A stretch of 64,000 bases of DNA, taken from the IMG/VR virus record IMGVR_UViG_3300033121_001789, positions 45,853-109,852 of that record. The stretch is one strand, 5' to 3'. The DNA is from a virus. Taxonomy: Duplodnaviria > Caudoviricetes. Positions 48,601 through 58,654 of this stretch are shown here, piece by piece. Under the pieces are notes generated by a model, which was not told the DNA's origin, made no database searches, and worked only from the letters and a program-made list of their open reading frames with translations. Position 1 is the stretch's first letter. The number at the start of each line of letters is the position of its first letter. A program made the position numbers and the translations under genes.

Positions 48601-51382
48601 CTACCTGCCATAAAATGTTCTTCGATAATGCCCATAAATAGTTATTAACATCATCAAATATCATCTCTATACTATCGACATTAGATGGTAAATAAATTCG
48701 CGCAATTTCAGATTTGGAAATTGAATCATAAACAGCAATATCTTTATCATCAGATGCCTCACCAAAAACAAATACTGAATTAGAAGGCTGAATATAAATA
48801 ATGTCTATCATATTATCAATAGATGGAATATCTGAAATGCTATATGTTGTGGTATTTCCATTTGTAATACTAAAGGAATTACTGAATTGTGAAATATCAA
48901 ACATACCACCACTTGATGCGGTTGTTGAATCTGGACAAGCTGATTGTGAAAATCCAATGTCAAAAGATACAATGCTAAATGGAGATGACGTACAAATAGC
49001 ATTTGTCAAACCCCAAAAAGGTCCTTCGTAACTTAAATTGATTGTTCCAGGAGAAAGATATAAAACATTATATTCAACATCCTGTAATGGATAGACTGTG
49101 CCATTTATGCCAGTTATCATACCAGTTGAAAATCCAGTTGTCTCTAAAGATATTGAAGAATATGTCGCTAATATTATCTCATTAGATGTCAAAAGTGCCC
49201 CATGATTACCTGTCATCTTATTAATTATCTTATAATTTCTGTCACCAGGCAAAACAGAGGATCCAACCTTAATTGATATATCACATCTTTGGTTTTGATT
49301 TTTAACATTAAATTTTAAAGATGATGCTGAGTTACTAACATATATTCCATAGTTGTCCAATATATCCGCATAATCATCAACCCAATTTTGAAGTGTTTGT
49401 GATATTGTGGAATATGGATTCGGAAGAGAATGTGTTACTCCATAAGAATTCCCATTGATGTTAATATCAATATAATTTCCTAAACTATAAGAAGCCCCTG
49501 GATATGATGGAACTATTGTTAGCGCTTGTTGAGATGGTTCATAAAATATAACCTGTGATTTTTCAATGAAAAAATTTGCAGTAGTGCCGACATCAACTCT
49601 AAATGATAACGGAATATTTGGATATTCTGTTCTTAAATTTATTGAATTATAATAAGGAGAAACAGTATTAATTGTCTGTAAGCTACATATAATACCCAAA
49701 GCCAAAAGATCAACTCCATTATTAACTAACCAAGCTCTTAGAGTTTTATCAATACTTCTTTCCATATCAATAACACCCGAAACATATACCGGTTGAAACT
49801 CCTGTTGATAATTTTGCTTATTAATTTTTAATATTATTCCAAAATTATCTATATCTGTAAAAAATATATTATAACTAAAATTAGAACTATAATCTACATT
49901 TGTTTCCTTTGAAAGTGTCTCTTCGATTTCAATAGCTCTCTCATAAACTAAATTATATCCTCCTATCGGAGATGACGTAAAAGATAATGAATTTGTAGAT
50001 CCGTAAAAATTAACAATAGCATAAGATGTTGGATACAAAAGATCAGCATATATTATAGAATTATCATAATATAAATCAATATTAAGAGATTGTAAATCAG
50101 ATTTAAATTTCTCCGCTGCTGACGCTAATGTTATTTGAGAAGATTGCGTAAACGGCTGAACATAATAAAAATGATCCTTTGTTAAGTACAAATCAACCAA
50201 TAATAAATCCTCATATATTGGAGTTTGACTTAAAGGTAAATATGTCGGAAGACCCCAATATGAAGTATCATCGGGGGTTATGGACGATGTTGCTGTCCAA
50301 ACATATTGTTGTACACACTGGTATATTTTATTATTCCAAAGAACTTGTTGACCCTCATTATATGTTACAAGATTAGCGTTTCCGATAAAAGTTGGAATAT
50401 ATGAAATGGTGAAAAATTGCTTATTTAAGATAGAATTCGGTATTTTGAACTCAACTCCGGGTTTAAGAGATTCAGGAACAACACTAGAAAAAGACAAAAC
50501 ATTTGAATATGTAGAAGATCCAATCGATAAAACGGTTGTACTGTCATAAAATACTAAATGTCCAGTATAAATTATAGGAAGATCTGTTTTTAGTATAACC
50601 TCTATATACAAATCATTATCGACTTGTAAATTTGTTCCATAATATTCATAATGATTAATGTCTATTAAATTCTCATTCTTAACAGTAACCACAGTGGAGT
50701 CAATGTATTTATTGCTATATTTATAAGAGTCATTTTTATCAGTATTAACTATATTAATTTTTCTATTTTTATAAATTCTATCATAGAAATTCCTCTCATT
50801 CCAAGGGGATAAATTTTCAGATAAATCAATTGAATTAACATAATTATAAATTCCAATAATGTTTAGAGATGATACAGTCTCCGTATAAGAATACGATGAC
50901 CATGGATATAAAGAGTTAAAAGTAGAGTTATCAATTGATGATATTATTAATATAGCATCCTTTTTAGTTGATACTACCGTATATGTCTTATCAACATTTA
51001 AAAATTCAAAAATTGGCGAATTGAATCTTATTTGTGTGCCAAGTGGAAACTTTCTATGAAAATTAGAACCATATATCCACTTTGAATAGAATGTACTATC
51101 AAAGTTTGAAGGTTCAATTTTTATAATTACCTCCTCAATATACGCAGAGGAATAGAAATTAAATCCATACTCATTGAATAATTGCCATCTTGATAGTGTT
51201 AGATCGGATATATTCTCAAACTCAAAAGATTTTATCTTTTCAAATAAATAAAGTGCTTGTGTTTTAAATGTATCATTTGAATTTTCAGGAAAAATAAGAT
51301 CTCCCTCATATCTCTCCAGAACATCATTATAATTAAAATTTAAAAAGTTACCTTCCTTATCATAAAAAACCAAATTATTCAT
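45620..51382 (-). CDS. large baseplate/tail structural protein with beta-propeller and Trp-containing carbohydrate-binding-like modules
   Basis: 1920 aa; YVTN-like repeats; YNEGQQVLWNNKIYQC..W and WYPFKNYMIGDRVIY modules; YPYVGSYKSIINAINYFGY. Confidence 0.7.
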   Translation of the reverse strand: MNNLVFYDKEGNFLNFNYNDVLERYEGDLIFPENSNDTFKTQALYLFEKIKSFEFENISDLTLSRWQLFNEYGFNFYSSAYIEEVIIKIEPSNFDSTFYSKWIYGSNFHRKFPLGTQIRFNSPIFEFLNVDKTYTVVSTKKDAILIISSIDNSTFNSLYPWSSYSYTETVSSLNIIGIYNYVNSIDLSENLSPWNERNFYDRIYKNRKINIVNTDKNDSYKYSNKYIDSTVVTVKNENLIDINHYEYYGTNLQVDNDLYIEVILKTDLPIIYTGHLVFYDSTTVLSIGSSTYSNVLSFSSVVPESLKPGVEFKIPNSILNKQFFTISYIPTFIGNANLVTYNEGQQVLWNNKIYQCVQQYVWTATSSITPDDTSYWGLPTYLPLSQTPIYEDLLLVDLYLTKDHFYYVQPFTQSSQITLASAAEKFKSDLQSLNIDLYYDNSIIYADLLYPTSYAIVNFYGSTNSLSFTSSPIGGYNLVYERAIEIEETLSKETNVDYSSNFSYNIFFTDIDNFGIILKINKQNYQQEFQPVYVSGVIDMERSIDKTLRAWLVNNGVDLLALGIICSLQTINTVSPYYNSINLRTEYPNIPLSFRVDVGTTANFFIEKSQVIFYEPSQQALTIVPSYPGASYSLGNYIDININGNSYGVTHSLPNPYSTISQTLQNWVDDYADILDNYGIYVSNSASSLKFNVKNQNQRCDISIKVGSSVLPGDRNYKIINKMTGNHGALLTSNEIILATYSSISLETTGFSTGMITGINGTVYPLQDVEYNVLYLSPGTINLSYEGPFWGLTNAICTSSPFSIVSFDIGFSQSACPDSTTASSGGMFDISQFSNSFSITNGNTTTYSISDIPSIDNMIDIIYIQPSNSVFVFGEASDDKDIAVYDSISKSEIARIYLPSNVDSIEMIFDDVNNYLWALSKNILWQVDPFSNIVVNSISIAEDAYSLAYDKNTGYIYVSTDQNVKIFNLGVLISTISTIPYSGSYNLIFNEYDGDMYVSCRDGSSVLRIDGMSLSISVIYVITGLTSDIMVYDNITQSIYVWGTNLNKIQYGIVSTILISSSSFNNIIFNNLQSGINISTDSPQFSLLDDSTDTYLFNHSFSSIWGYLQINMYDGDTYLSNQDPTLPGIWVFDGYTGNITEIIVLPVGNPTTQMIYNPDRNSIWAIQPNTNTIIEVVPIVDFSFYNITPTYSYMEENNYGSLSPDYTHRNYLWLHTKDFIRRPRYNYVGYPEASLYWKWFSDNVPEFFLYDFSGDLLPTDGVLAYTGPKPLTTVYLNRNANRNLEKVNDPEYQQTIFPVIGHRLNYFDDDEDTSSVPEPIETFIGFNSQMEGGIRSILQLYLKEDIDFSINTLLDSTNEISFETVLDGNDRYGLIKLGLMSSSNFITDDLGNYRGFRPGQHLAIFIKDESNNRKQYISNNNGYLVRIREVFFKSIKVDFFKSVDRFDSETTIISDYPKSGSTTYLSVRFKIWDRELGRFNLYGQTEIEDIRFETELGNVGKLISSDDVYIFKEYDIKEEGIDWTYLNRKRKEMMMMKNLIYPYVGSYKSIINAINYFGYNDLELNEYYRNINYISSNYRKLFKVEIPDIFDNTVEGWTDNDFIKHVFPNDNYEDTNLFNLTYRITDREGNNLLTYSLEEVQIKLQGLKYWLQKNIIPITHKILDITGRADFVHSTSIGHIVRDVKIIKTTEEFTPVSFKLNELYLMPVNNGSTVYNCVLDFYISSTQSLPDMYDVNIRTYEIYREWYPFKNYMIGDRVIYYDKVYESVIDNNQTNNPRKYEDISNWNYGTLYNVSDVVKYDSNFYIYSGLDSITYSVITPFVDSNNWINITEWKEIDLVPIQKIVERRYIDNLYSFNFTIDSNIDPYLVIEVTSQNGYGAIYRDKKNYEIRGILDIRELESYTNLTSKRYNDIVLSTVRP

Positions 51383-51449
51383 TAATACAATAAATTTTAA
51401 TTATATATTATATTACTCTAACTGGCATTAATATATAATGTACTATAAT

Positions 51450-51935
51450 ATGAAGCACTTAAGAAAATTTAATGAATCCAATATTGATAAATTGGAATTT
51501 GATGATTTCAAAGAAATAATTCTGATAATCTTAGATGACTATAACTATCAATATTCATTTGTTGATTGCACGATTCAAGATGATGACTTTAAATACTATG
51601 ATTGTAAAATCGAAATATCCTGTCCTATGAATTATGCACACTTAAGCTTCGATTTTATAGCAGACAATGGTTTACTTCCCCCATTTGAAGAGCCTCTGGA
51701 TATTAAAGGTTTCTTCGACTCATCAATAAATGGAATCGATAGTAATTTACAACAATTGGAAATTTTAAAATCTAATTTAGATATCATAATCAACACTCAA
51801 AAAGATTTAAAGAAAATTATAAATGATGTTTATAATATAGCAATACCGAGATTTGAAAAATATGATGATTTCCTTTCTTGCAATATTGGATATGATAACG
51901 ATCAACTTAGAATAACTTATGAAATTAATACTTAA
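51450..51935 (+). CDS. hypothetical protein with CTS-like N-terminus
   Basis: MKHLRKFNES. Confidence 0.7.
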   Translation: MKHLRKFNESNIDKLEFDDFKEIILIILDDYNYQYSFVDCTIQDDDFKYYDCKIEISCPMNYAHLSFDFIADNGLLPPFEEPLDIKGFFDSSINGIDSNLQQLEILKSNLDIIINTQKDLKKIINDVYNIAIPRFEKYDDFLSCNIGYDNDQLRITYEINT

Positions 51936-52785
51936 TTATAACTTGTTTAATGAAAATCTTGGAATAGTAGATGGATTAGAAAATATAACCAATGATATAG
52001 TTATTGGATTAGAAAATAAGAAAGAATTTATTTATCAAGGTGAGTACAATAATAAAAATATCACAATAAGATGTATTGTCGCTCCAAGAATTAAAGCTGA
52101 TGCAACATTAATAGTTAATAATTTTAAGGAAAATAAATTCACAATTAAAATTAAAGATAAAAATTCTCCAAAATTAAAATATTTTATTCTACATGAACTA
52201 AAACACTTGGATAGGAAAATGAGAACTGGAAAGTATGACTATGAAACACTCTTAGTTAACTTCCTTAAAATATCGGATGATTATGAATTTTTATTCAAAA
52301 AAAGTGGCAAGGATTTATTATATGGCATCATATATTATACATCACAAGAAGAATTCGAATCATACTACACAAATATCTACTATGAATTAAAAGATATTAT
52401 ATCTGAAAAAATGACAAAAGAAGAAAAAAAGAAAATAATCGATGATTATTTAAATCAACAAGAAATTTTTTCAGTGTTTAAATTACTACACAATAATGAA
52501 TTTGATATAAATACTCTATTTAAAAATAAAAGAAGTCTGAATTTCTTTCTATCAGAAATAGAATCTTTATTTAAATCATTTTCACATGATAGTAATCTTT
52601 TTGGATCATATGTATCTGATTTTAAAAAAATTAAAACATTACTTAAATCTCTCTACTGGTATCTGAAAAATGACAATGATAAAATAAAAATTAATAAAAC
52701 AGCGAATAAAATTAATAACATAGTGAATCTTTCAGTTAAAAAGAATTATAAAAGATTTTATAGATTATATACACTATTGATTTAA
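51919..52785 (+). CDS. putative zincin metalloprotease with CTS-like N-terminus
   Basis: ILHELKHLD (HExxH) with downstream EEFES; starts MKLILNYNLFNEN. Confidence 0.55.
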   Translation: MKLILNYNLFNENLGIVDGLENITNDIVIGLENKKEFIYQGEYNNKNITIRCIVAPRIKADATLIVNNFKENKFTIKIKDKNSPKLKYFILHELKHLDRKMRTGKYDYETLLVNFLKISDDYEFLFKKSGKDLLYGIIYYTSQEEFESYYTNIYYELKDIISEKMTKEEKKKIIDDYLNQQEIFSVFKLLHNNEFDINTLFKNKRSLNFFLSEIESLFKSFSHDSNLFGSYVSDFKKIKTLLKSLYWYLKNDNDKIKINKTANKINNIVNLSVKKNYKRFYRLYTLLI

Positions 52786-53874
52786 CTTTCTATAACTATC
52801 ATTATAAATCTGTATGATTTTATCATACTCAATAATTATACCATCTAATACTTTTTTATCATACTTTTGCAATGAAATATATTCTCGTATGAAATCTTCA
52901 TAGTCTAAATTTATTGATACCTCAGAAGTAACATTATCTTCAACAGACACCTCTCCATTATTAATATCATCCAGATAATCCACTGAGGCAAAATTTCCAG
53001 ATTCTAATAAAGATTCCAATTTTCTACGAACCTTTCGATTATTAATAATAAGGTTATTTGATATGACCAAGTCTATATAATTATTTGAAGATTTCAAAGA
53101 CTCCAAATTTTCTACATCATTGTCATTTTTAATATGCACTTTTGTGAAAATAGGTGATATTTTATTTGGGTAAAATTCTAAATTATCCGTTTCAGTATCC
53201 AAAACAAAAATTCCCTTTTGATCTCCCATGTCATTTCTATCCATCTGAAATAATGATCCAACAAACGTAAAGTTTTTATTATTTTGGACAATGTGAATAT
53301 GTCCGGATATTACTCTTTTGAAAGAGATAAATTCATCAATATCTATTTTATCTGGATTTTTATGGGCAACAGAAGTAAGATGCATTTTACAACCGTTTAA
53401 ATCCGAATGACAAAACAAATAATCACAATCTTTATTCTTTTTTATTAAGGAGATTTGATCTAATCTATTTTCGATATAAGGCATCATTAAAATCCTCTTA
53501 TTATTAAAGTCTAATATTGATGTTCTGTCATATATTGACACGTTTGGAATATACCTAAAAGGTCTCACACTATTAACATCACTTGAGCTTTTAGACCACA
53601 AATCATGATTACCAATTATGATATGTAATGGTGATATTTTAGATATTTCCTCCACTATATCCATACCATAATTTAACAGATTTATTGGAATAACATTTCT
53701 ATTATCAAATAAATCTCCTAGGTGTACAATTATATCATCTTTGGTTACTTTCTCTTTGAGAAAGGGTATTAAAAAGTCGTTAAAATACTGTCTATGTACT
53801 TTAAACCATTTATCAACACTATTTGGATATCCCAATCCAATATGTGTATCTCCTATAAAAAAGATTTTACTCAT
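52774..53874 (-). CDS. gp47: recombination nuclease gp47 (Mre11/SbcD-like)
   Basis: GDTHIG, LGDLFDNR, IGNHD, SGHIH. Confidence 0.92.
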   Translation of the reverse strand: MSKIFFIGDTHIGLGYPNSVDKWFKVHRQYFNDFLIPFLKEKVTKDDIIVHLGDLFDNRNVIPINLLNYGMDIVEEISKISPLHIIIGNHDLWSKSSSDVNSVRPFRYIPNVSIYDRTSILDFNNKRILMMPYIENRLDQISLIKKNKDCDYLFCHSDLNGCKMHLTSVAHKNPDKIDIDEFISFKRVISGHIHIVQNNKNFTFVGSLFQMDRNDMGDQKGIFVLDTETDNLEFYPNKISPIFTKVHIKNDNDVENLESLKSSNNYIDLVISNNLIINNRKVRRKLESLLESGNFASVDYLDDINNGEVSVEDNVTSEVSINLDYEDFIREYISLQKYDKKVLDGIIIEYDKIIQIYNDSYRKLNQ

Positions 53875-53909
53875 TAAATGTTATATACTGTGACGTGATT
53901 TTGTTGGCA

Positions 53910-53942
53910 TAAAAAAACCCCACAAAAGTGAGGTTTTTTTTA
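53910..53942 (-). terminator. terminator after tail tube gene
   Basis: AAAAAAACCCCAC-AAAA-GTGAGGTTTTTTT. Confidence 0.75.
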
Positions 53943-54566
53943 TTAATATCCTGCCACAAATGGAGGCTGAATTGTAAAGTTATTATCAATGAATTCATCC
54001 ACCCAATAGTCAAATACCCATTTAGCGGCACAAGATTCCCAAATTCCTTGACCTGACCAATCCATATCTGGTGATGAAACCGATGTCAATTGACAGTTTT
54101 GGAAAGTTACTCTTCTCAAAACAAGACCCTTTTTGTCATGTTGATTAACAATAATAGTTCCAATTAAATCTGCTTTATAGTGTAAATATCCATTTTGTGA
54201 ATTCCAAGCCAAATCATACCATGCCCTAAGTGTATTCCAAGTTTCCATGGAACCCTGGTTGTTAACATTTATATTGAAATCCAAGTCTAATTCACCATGT
54301 GATTTGTCTGGACCAGCATTAACAAATGCTCTTGTTGAGTATTTAAATCTTTGATCTGATGTTCCTAAATCTTTGTTAGTAACATTGAGACTCACTTTCT
54401 TAGCCTGTTGCAATAAAAGCAACGGATCTCTGCCTTGAGCCTGTAAAATTGTCGGTAAAACAAATGTTATCTCAAATAGGTTTGAGTATACCGGCTCTTG
54501 TGGCTGGGTTCCAGGTCCACCTGGAGAACCAGTCATTTGAAGTTGTGTAAAATGAGGAAGGGGCAT
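53943..54566 (-). CDS. gp19: tail tube protein (gp19-like)
   Basis: EPVYSNLFEITF, LRAWYD, YKAD, W.FDYW; near the sheath gene. Confidence 0.85.
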   Translation of the reverse strand: MPLPHFTQLQMTGSPGGPGTQPQEPVYSNLFEITFVLPTILQAQGRDPLLLLQQAKKVSLNVTNKDLGTSDQRFKYSTRAFVNAGPDKSHGELDLDFNINVNNQGSMETWNTLRAWYDLAWNSQNGYLHYKADLIGTIIVNQHDKKGLVLRRVTFQNCQLTSVSSPDMDWSGQGIWESCAAKWVFDYWVDEFIDNNFTIQPPFVAGY

Positions 54567-54688
54567 ATTTTTAAAAATTATTTTTTGTTAATATATTATA
54601 TATTTTATTAATAAAGTCCCTTATTTAACTATAATAAAATATGTTATAAAAAATGCCCTTTCCATCTTTAATATCTTATATATAATTA

Positions 54689-55516
54689 GTGAAATGTCAA
54701 TATAGATATTGTAATAAAGAGATAAAATTTGGTAGACCTGATAGAAAATTTTGCAATGAATCATGTAAAGGCAAAGAAAATCAAGTTGTTAAAGAATTAA
54801 AATCTTTAATTATAAAAGTTGAAAAAACAAAAAAATTCATAGAAAGGTGTAAGAAAATACATAATAATAAATATAAATATGATTTGGTCGTATATGAAAA
54901 TTGTAGGAAAAAAATTAACATAATATGCCCAATTCATGGAATATTCCAACAAACAGCTAGTAACCATTTGTATAATAAATATGGGTGTGATATGTGTTCA
55001 AGAGATATCCATAAACTCTCATTTTTATCTGAAAAGAGATTGGAAAAATTAAAAAAAATTCATAATAATAAATATTATTATACTGATTTATCTGTTAATA
55101 AGGGATTTATCAACATAATATGTCCATCACATGGATCATTTAAACAGTATTTATATTTTCATGAATATGGACATGGATGCTCAGAATGTAATTCATCATC
55201 AAGAGGTGAGAACTTCATAAAAGAATATCTGGATAGAAAAAATATCAAATATAAAAGAAACTTTATATTTAAGGAATGTAAGAATGAAAGAGGACTTAGA
55301 TTTGATTTCTACCTATATGAAAATAATATTATAATAGAATATGATGGCGAACATCATTTCATGGAAAATAAATATTTTGGAATCGGTAATTTAAATTATA
55401 TACAAAAAAATGATGAGATAAAAAACAAATTCTGTCTTAATAATAATATATCCATTATTCGAATTCCTTATTTTGAATTTAATAGAATAGAAGAAATATT
55501 AGATAGATGTCTATGA
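54689..55516 (+). mobile_element. putative homing endonuclease (Zn-ribbon repeats + Vsr-like domain), paralog of 17323..18249
   Basis: IICPIHGIFQQ, SRGENFI, LRFDFYL...IEYDGEHHF. Confidence 0.85.
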
Positions 55517-55569
55517 AACCACACAAGGGAAAAATTATATAAGTATATATATTAAAAATAAAACATTTT

Positions 55570-56508
55570 ATGGCAGAGACAACTGAGGAAGAATTCCTAA
55601 AAAAACACATAGATAGTATAGAATCTAATGAAAAGAATAATCAAATATTTGATGCTGTAGTTCAACCAACTATGAATACATCTCGTACAACTGATTTACA
55701 GTTTTTGAGTTTGGATATTAATGAATTGCCTTGTGGTAAATTCTACCCACAAGGAACTGCACTGATGGTTCGAGCAGCGCAAGTTCGTGAAATTCAATCG
55801 TACTCAATGGTAGATGATAACAATTTCTATGATATAGTTGAAAAAATGAATGATATGTTACAAGCATGTGTTCGCGTAAAATATCCAGATGGTAAAATTG
55901 GAACATATCTTGATATAAAAGATCAGGATAGAATTTATTTAATATTTTTAATACGAGAATTAACGTTCCAACAAGGAAATGCTCTAACTGTTAAAGTTAA
56001 ATGTAGTTGTGGTAGTGAAAATACAATTGAATTAGCGAGGAAAAATTTTAGATTTCATGAAATTGATGAAAAGGTATTGCAGTTTTATGATAGAGGTAAA
56101 AATGCATTTGTATTTAACACAATAAATAATAAACAATTTGAAATAACCCCACCAAATATTGGATTACAAAAATCATTTACAGAATATATTATAAGAGAAA
56201 ATAATGAAAAAAGATCTCCAAATCTATCATTCTTAAAAATAGTTCCATATATGTTAAATGGAAAAAATTCCATATCCTATGAAGGAATAAAAGTGAAATT
56301 AAATGAGTTTGAAGATCCAAATGTAACTGATGATATATCCTTTCAATTCTTAAATGCGGCTGTTAGTAAAATGACATTTGGTATAAAGGAATTATCTAAA
56401 TTATGTAGTTCGTGTGGAGTGGAGGTCCACACTGAAATGACATTTCCCAACGGAGCGTCAGGTATTTTCCTTGTGGATTCTTCCTTTGAGGCCTTTATTA
56501 AAAAATAA
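55570..56508 (+). CDS. baseplate hub / tail assembly chaperone (gp26-like)
   Basis: LPCGKFY, DRIYLIFLIRELT, two CxC/CxxC pairs. Confidence 0.65.
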   Translation: MAETTEEEFLKKHIDSIESNEKNNQIFDAVVQPTMNTSRTTDLQFLSLDINELPCGKFYPQGTALMVRAAQVREIQSYSMVDDNNFYDIVEKMNDMLQACVRVKYPDGKIGTYLDIKDQDRIYLIFLIRELTFQQGNALTVKVKCSCGSENTIELARKNFRFHEIDEKVLQFYDRGKNAFVFNTINNKQFEITPPNIGLQKSFTEYIIRENNEKRSPNLSFLKIVPYMLNGKNSISYEGIKVKLNEFEDPNVTDDISFQFLNAAVSKMTFGIKELSKLCSSCGVEVHTEMTFPNGASGIFLVDSSFEAFIKK

Positions 56509-56725
56509 ATTATTGCTTCAAAAACATTTTAATGTTATAGAAAGTGACATAGATCAATGGCCTTTTTGGATGTTTGAAGAAAACATATCTATTGTGAATG
56601 AATTAACTGAGGAAGAAGAAAAACAAAGAAAAAAAGAGGAGGAAAAACAACAAATGAACACTCCTAATTTTAATCCTGGGTCCTATATGAGAGATATAGG
56701 TAATATCTCCAATAAATTCAAATAG
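56471..56725 (+). CDS. small tail-assembly protein overlapping the gp26-like gene (gp51/GT-like)
   Basis: LLLQKHF...IDQWPFW..E; only TTG starts. Confidence 0.55.
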   Translation: MWILPLRPLLKNKLLLQKHFNVIESDIDQWPFWMFEENISIVNELTEEEEKQRKKEEEKQQMNTPNFNPGSYMRDIGNISNKFK

Positions 56726-56747
56726 TTAAATACACTTTACAACGTTT

Positions 56748-56790
56748 AAAAAATAAAACCTAAGATAATTCATCTTGGGTTTTTATTTTT
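56748..56790. terminator. bidirectional terminator
   Basis: AAAATAAAACCTAAGAT...ATCTTGGGTTTTTATTTT. Confidence 0.75.
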
Positions 56791-56849
56791 TTAGTTTTCA
56801 ATATTTTAAACACCAATCTTTTCTAAATAACTTAATTACATTTTTTAAA

Positions 56850-58550
56850 CTAAAAGTCATTTTTGAAAATCCATTTTTTATTTCCTGCATTGTAGATTCT
56901 ATAAAATCCCCAATCCTCCATAATCTCATGTTCGGTTTTATTCATATCAGCTCCAAGTTTTTTTAATTTTGATTTACGCCAGTTGAATCTATGTTCTCTT
57001 TTCTTATCTATAACATACCAATATCCTGGAGTTGAGGTATGTTTATAGGAAAACCCAAGTGTTTGGTACATATTACCATCGGAGATTAAATTATCAGAAT
57101 AAGTTTCAACCGAAATAGGAGTATATTTTTTAAGAAAATAATTGAATAATTTAGACGATCCACCAACAACAGTTGTAAATGTTTTATTACAAAATCGAGT
57201 TAACTCATAAGATCCTTCCTGATTTTTACCACCCAGTGGTAATCTTAATTTTGAGAAAGTCATAAGCGAAACCAATTCATCTTCAAAAAATAGACCCAAT
57301 CTAATTGATGATTTACAATCTCCCTGAAAATGGTTTTTATCCAAAAAATATTTTGAAGTATTGTAATTAACATCTTTTATTTGACACTTCCTCGCCATAA
57401 TTTTCTTAGATTTTCCTAATTTATTCAAAATAAATGATTTACATATATCTCGTTTAATATTCCAATCGTCCTCCCAAATTGTTAGAAGTTTAATTCCATT
57501 TTTAGTAGCCAATTCTCTCTTCGTTAGATGATAATTCTCATCTTTGAATTTATAGGAATGCCAAAACAACCCGTTAAATTCAAATCCAATTTTTAAATCT
57601 GGAATATAAATATCAATTTCAAATGGTAAAATTGATTTTTTATCATCCATCAAAATCTCACCAGAGTAATTTTCTTTAATAAAATTAAATATCTCAATCT
57701 GTGATATGGAAGCATTTTCTGAAATCGGAAAACAACTTGTGCATATACTGAGATTTGAATTTACTCTATGATAAAATTGAGAAGTTGACATTTTAAAATC
57801 TTTTTCACATTTATTACAATAAAATAATAAGTTAGTTGATATCCTTTTTTCAAATCCCAAAAAAGTAAATTCCAACTCATCTATTTTTTGTAAAATTCTT
57901 TCTTTATAATCATGATAAAAAAAGTCAATTGTTTTTGAATGTATTTCTTTCTTCATCCATGGGTGTTCAACTCCATATTTTCGGAGAGAGGTTTTTTTAT
58001 AGGATTCTTTATATTTATCAATATTTAATTTAAACGAATCAACTCTTTTTTCCACTATTTCTTTCGATTTATTTGGATTATCAACTCCGTAATTTTTCAT
58101 CAGAGTTTGTTTAGACTTATTTCGAATCTCTTCAGAGCACATAGCAGAATTAGCACCATATTTTAATTGATTTGTTTGAATTATCTTATCTTTTACTAAT
58201 TTTGATTCTGCGGGGGTTTTGGTTCCGAATTTCTGTATTGATTTCTCTTCTTTCATCTTTTTAATATTTGGATCGGAGGAAATACATTTAATTGAACAAT
58301 ATTCTCTAAAACCCAAAGTTGAATTTATGAATTTGACAAAATTACCACAATTGGGATTTTTACATTTAGGAATACTATCAAAATTATTGATCACTAAATA
58401 AACTTTTTCTTTGAAAGGTATATCCAACATTTTATTATTTTGACAATAATCTATTATATAATCATATTCTTCTCTGTGATTTTTTAGAAGGTAAGATTCT
58501 TTATTCATTTTACCTGATGGATCTGAAAGATTAAATATTTCTAAATTCAT
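56850..58550 (-). mobile_element. Hef-like putative homing endonuclease (KYGV repeats, Vsr-like domain, C-terminal extension)
   Basis: KFGTKTP/KYGANS/NYGVDNP/KYGVEHP repeats; EIDIYIP..KIGFEFNGLFWHS; IWEDDW; ELTRFC. Confidence 0.8.
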
Positions 58551-58604
58551 AAAACATATCAGTTTTACATATATATTAAATACTCCTACTTCTGTTTAAC
58601 AAAA

Positions 58605-58630
58605 AACCCCAGATATTTCTATCTGGGGTT
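58605..58630 (-). terminator. terminator after sheath gene
   Basis: AACCCCAGATA-TTTC-TATCTGGGGTT with A-run. Confidence 0.8.
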
Positions 58631-58654
58631 AATTTTAATTTTAATTACAATTTA

